NCBI GenBank assembly: GCA_040954595.2
Contig: CM082594.2
Coordinates: 4,325,319 to 4,389,318, forward strand
DNA length: 64,000 nt
From: Balanoglossus misakiensis
Taxonomy: Eukaryota > Animalia > Hemichordata
Reading direction: 5' to 3'
The translations under genes were made by a program, and so were the position numbers. Below are positions 60,501-64,000 of this stretch, piece after piece. The notes under the pieces were generated by a model, which was given only the letters and a program-made list of their open reading frames with translations, did no database searches and was not told the origin of the DNA. Within the stretch, counting starts at the first letter, position 1, and each line of letters opens with the position of its first letter.

Positions 60501-63047
60501 CCAAATGAAAACGATAATTCAGGATGAGGGCTTAATGCAGGAAAGGAGAGATGCTAAGAAATTGATTTGTGAAACTGCAATTTTGTGGACTCAAAAGCAA
60601 AAGTTCGGTGGCAAAAGTATGTGACCCCCCCTAAACGTTTAAAAAACAGATGACCCCCCCCCTTTTGGACTTCAAAATTTGAGTGACCCCCCCCCCTGGA
60701 TTTTGCCCCCCCCCCCCGGCCGTAAAAACTGAACAGTCCCTTATACCCAGTCCCAAAACCAAGGGTAGCAGACCCCGAGATGGAACTGGGGCACTTGCAT
60801 CTCAGAGAAAAAATGATGCTCGAATAAGTACAATGCTGTGATATTCACTGAGTTGTTTATCTTTATTACAAAAATGCCTTATAAAACTATAGGTAGCGTT
60901 AACACAAATAAATCTTTCAACTGTAAAATCACATCGAGCCGTTGTGTGCAATGCTAGTTACAAATCAAGATGGCGCCTACGCCTGGAGATTTTCCTTCCC
61001 AAACCCATCTAAGGCGGCCATCTTGAAGATAGCCTCGGTTTGGGTAACGAGACTAGGCTGTAAATATGTCAAGGTTTCGAAATGGCAACAATATCAAAAC
61101 CATACCAAATGAGCATAGTAAACGTCCTAAACGTATACATGATAAAGAAACCAAATGCATACAATCCAAGTCAGACGACGAACGTGCCGAACATTATTTA
61201 TCAACAATTATACAAATTCATCTCTTTTATAGCAGTATTTGAAATCACAATCATTTGTCTGAGAGACCTGTAACCATTTTTTTACCAGCAACTTGAAATG
61301 TAACCACAATAACTTTAAATCTTAATATTTGATGTACTTACCATCGCGTTGGCCATAAATGACATTAAAAACGCCTTTTGGAAATCCTGCCTTAATGGCC
61401 AACTCTACCAATTTCGTGGCACATCCAGGAACACGGGTTGATGGTTTCAACACGTGAGTGTTGCCACATACGATTGGTACAACAGCCGACTGTTGAATAG
61501 CGACATGCAAACGGCGTATATAGTCAGATAGGGCAAGGTTAGAACTACTTGAAATGCTGTTCCACATGTTAAAAAAACAACAACGAAATACTGATCAAAT
61601 TATAAAAACCCTAGACTTGCTCCAAGTCTATGGGCTGTGTAGGGCCGAAACCACAAGCTCAGTCCCAAATTCGAAACTCACCTCATTACCAAAAACACAC
61701 TAAAGGCAAGCAAGCACGCAAAAAGTATTGAAATTATTTATTAAGACAAAAAACCACCGAAAACACAAAAAGTATTGAGATTTAAAAATCACCAAGCGAC
61801 TAGTGGGCTAGTCTATAAAAACCCGTACAAAAACATTCTATCGACATATATAGAATTGTTTAGCCTAAGGAATTTCTGTATGGTGTGAATTTAGATGGGA
61901 ACACGTACTGAAAGCATTGATTTGCTGTGCAGTAACAGTGATGATTGGCCTTTTAAATAATATTTATTGTAGATACATATAAGTTGCATTAAGCTACCGC
62001 TGAAGAATTTTGACACAGCAAAAGTTGAACAGAAGAACTTACGAGTGGGCTCGCCGCCGGAAAGTTGGACCTATTAAAAGATTTAAGAAATCAAATAACA
62101 CAAACGAAGCAAATAAAACATCAAAATCGCAACAGGCTAATCGAACTAATTATTCCTCAACCGACGCGGCACGTCATACTTGTTGTGTACAGAGCATCAC
62201 CAATCATGGATGGCCAATATTAAGAATAGTACGCAGATTATAATGGTGGAAGTTCGAAACCTACGGTATAATTCCAGCGGTGACACCGAGCGGAACTCTG
62301 TAGGAACATATATCCATGTCTTTGGAAATATTTGAAAGAGCTTCGCCGAGAGCTAACGACGTGATGGAACATACGTAATCCACCATCTCTGTAGGGTGCA
62401 GTTTCGAAAATGAAAATTCGGTATTAGTCAAGAGGAAAAACATGTATGCATGTATGTATGTGCGTGTGTGTGTGTCTCTCTCTCTCTCTATCTCCTGAAA
62501 CCACAGTGGTGATGGTCAGCCGATCCTGTATATAAAAAACAACTTAGGCCTAAAAGCTAAAACGCCGTTCATTTTTTTCAAGTCCCCACAAAGCATTATC
62601 AGCTTTCATTAGTGCATCGCTTACTAGGATCAACAAAAGAGTTAAAATCGCGCTTTCAGCGTTATATATAAACTTACCCAGTCCTTTCATGATATCTTGC
62701 TTTGCATCAGCCAATGTCTTGCCTTGTTCCAGAGTGTTAACTTTGACAATGTCGCTCTGCAAAGAATGAAACCGGATGTGAGGAACACGTGTTTAATTCT
62801 TTTGATGTACGCAGACCATTGCGGTGGTCGTCGAATATTTAGCTTTTATAAGAGAAATTGGTGATCTGATATTGTACATGAGACATCTGTGCTTGATTAA
62901 TCAATCAATACTCACTCTGTTTTCTATGATCAACCTCCGAAAGTTAAACATGATCTGTTGTCTGGTAAGAATGGATGTCTGCGACCAGGCTGGGAATGCC
63001 TCCTTGGCGGCTGACACGGCCGCTTGCATCTCATCAGGTACATAAAT
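55928..63047 (-). CDS. Divergent ALDH6A1 paralog (inverted, tail-to-tail); 5' exons not found in the window
   Basis: Exons (minus strand): 63047-62916, 62756-62678, 62388-62265, 62070-62043, 61489-61342, 58942-58761, 58486-58357, 57943-57762, 57422-57243, 56691-56593, 56029-55928. Intron positions match ALDH6A1 and all are GT-AG. 1386 nt with no stop or frameshift; catalytic GQRCMAL retained. Confidence 0.85.
57440..57506. repeat. (CAT)n microsatellite
   Basis: Directly visible; intronic in the ALDH6A1 paralog. Confidence 0.95.
58964..60740. mobile_element. PIF/Harbinger-like non-autonomous element with TTA TSD and nested fragments
   Basis: TTA-GGGACCGTTCAGTTT...AAACTGAACAGTCCC-TTA with G- and C-tract subterminal regions. 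Confidence 0.8.
61612..61815. mobile_element. TAGACT...AGTCTA element with perfect 9-bp TSD TAAAAACCC (AcademH-like)
   Basis: TSD at 61603-61611 and 61816-61824. Confidence 0.85.
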
Positions 63048-64000
63048 CTGTCATTGAATACACAATGTTGCTTATATTTTTTTTACTTATTTTAAAAGCT
63101 TTTCCAGATAAAGATATATACAACGAAATGAATACCAAAGGTAAGTTTTTTCGCAGCCTGATGAATATTCCACTTCCTTAGTTGTGCTGTCAGTGATGCA
63201 TATCTTGATATCAAAAAGTTGTTAATTTTAAACTTTTTCCAGTGCAAGCTTTTTTTAAAAGCAGTGGTTCAAAAGTATACACGTTCCTATAGTTATCTAA
63301 TTCAGATTTGTTGTGATGGAGTATGCGATTTTTATATCATTAATATGAGGTTTATTACACAAATACTGCAAAGTATGCACGAGGACATTTGCGCCAGTAT
63401 CGCCCGATCGAAAAACCGCTCAGCTGAAACAGTGAGCAGCCATCTTTCTTTTTTGTTTACATGCGTTGGAGTGGGGGTGTCTTGAAACCGTCCGCACAAC
63501 AGCGTATTCCTGTACACGCTGAGTTGGGGAGCCTTGAAACTTAAGGCATATTTAACACGCGTTCCGTACGTACCGTTCCGTACGGCTTTGTTAGATTTTA
63601 TGACATGGTAATTTACCTCACCCTTGTCGCTTCCATATACACACTCGGTCATTAATTTTTTTAGAAAAAATAGCAGTTTTCCTTTTATTTTAGAAACAGT
63701 GCAGTGCCTATGGACATGTGAAGGAGGTGATAACACTATTCTTGGCAGTATTGGACCCCATACTATTACAGTGGGAACAATACGAACTTTGAAACCTGGA
63801 AACTGGCTGGTAGATAACGTAAGTTGTGTTGTAAATTTTAAAAAAAAGATTGTCACTGTTTATTGGCGTAAATTGTCATACAGTTATACTGGTGGTATCA
63901 CTGCGTGTTTCAGCATGCGCTCAAATGGATGTGGCCCATCATAACACATTACATAAGAATGCTGGTCATGACAATAGAACATTGTCACAATTATTACATT

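Noticed and set aside
55928-63047. Calling the second ALDH6A1 a pseudogene or assembly duplicate
   Set aside because: No stops or frameshifts across 11 exons, intact splice sites, and substantial divergence from the first copy.

Overview
AT-rich, intron-containing animal genomic DNA. The gene and repeat style suggests a marine invertebrate deuterostome such as a hemichordate (inference). It is not prokaryotic, and I found no rRNA, tRNA or CRISPR. Genes were assembled by hand from GT-AG exons. From left to right: the 3' five exons of IGBP1/alpha4 (+); a complete 16-exon arylsulfatase B/I/J-like gene (-, convergent with IGBP1); an intronless GC-rich ORF of unknown function (+); a tandem cluster of three SCARF/MEGF10-like EGF-repeat type I receptors (+) with a remnant of a fourth; a complete 14-exon ALDH6A1 (+); and a tail-to-tail, divergent but frame-intact ALDH6A1 paralog (-). 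Introns and spacers hold many non-autonomous DNA elements and one 5'-truncated LINE. Three signals stand out. (1) The EGF receptors have near-identical ectodomains but different TM segments and tails: one has an ITIM plus EPIYA, one a YxN motif, and one a TM Arg with its tyrosine motifs lost, resembling a paired immune-receptor system. (2) Four sequence-unrelated mobile elements share one architecture, a long hairpin with two tandem G.A mismatches, and two of them sit at the identical site in paralogous introns. (3) The ALDH6A1 paralog has a KPSE->KPST cofactor-site change and a remodelled substrate pocket.
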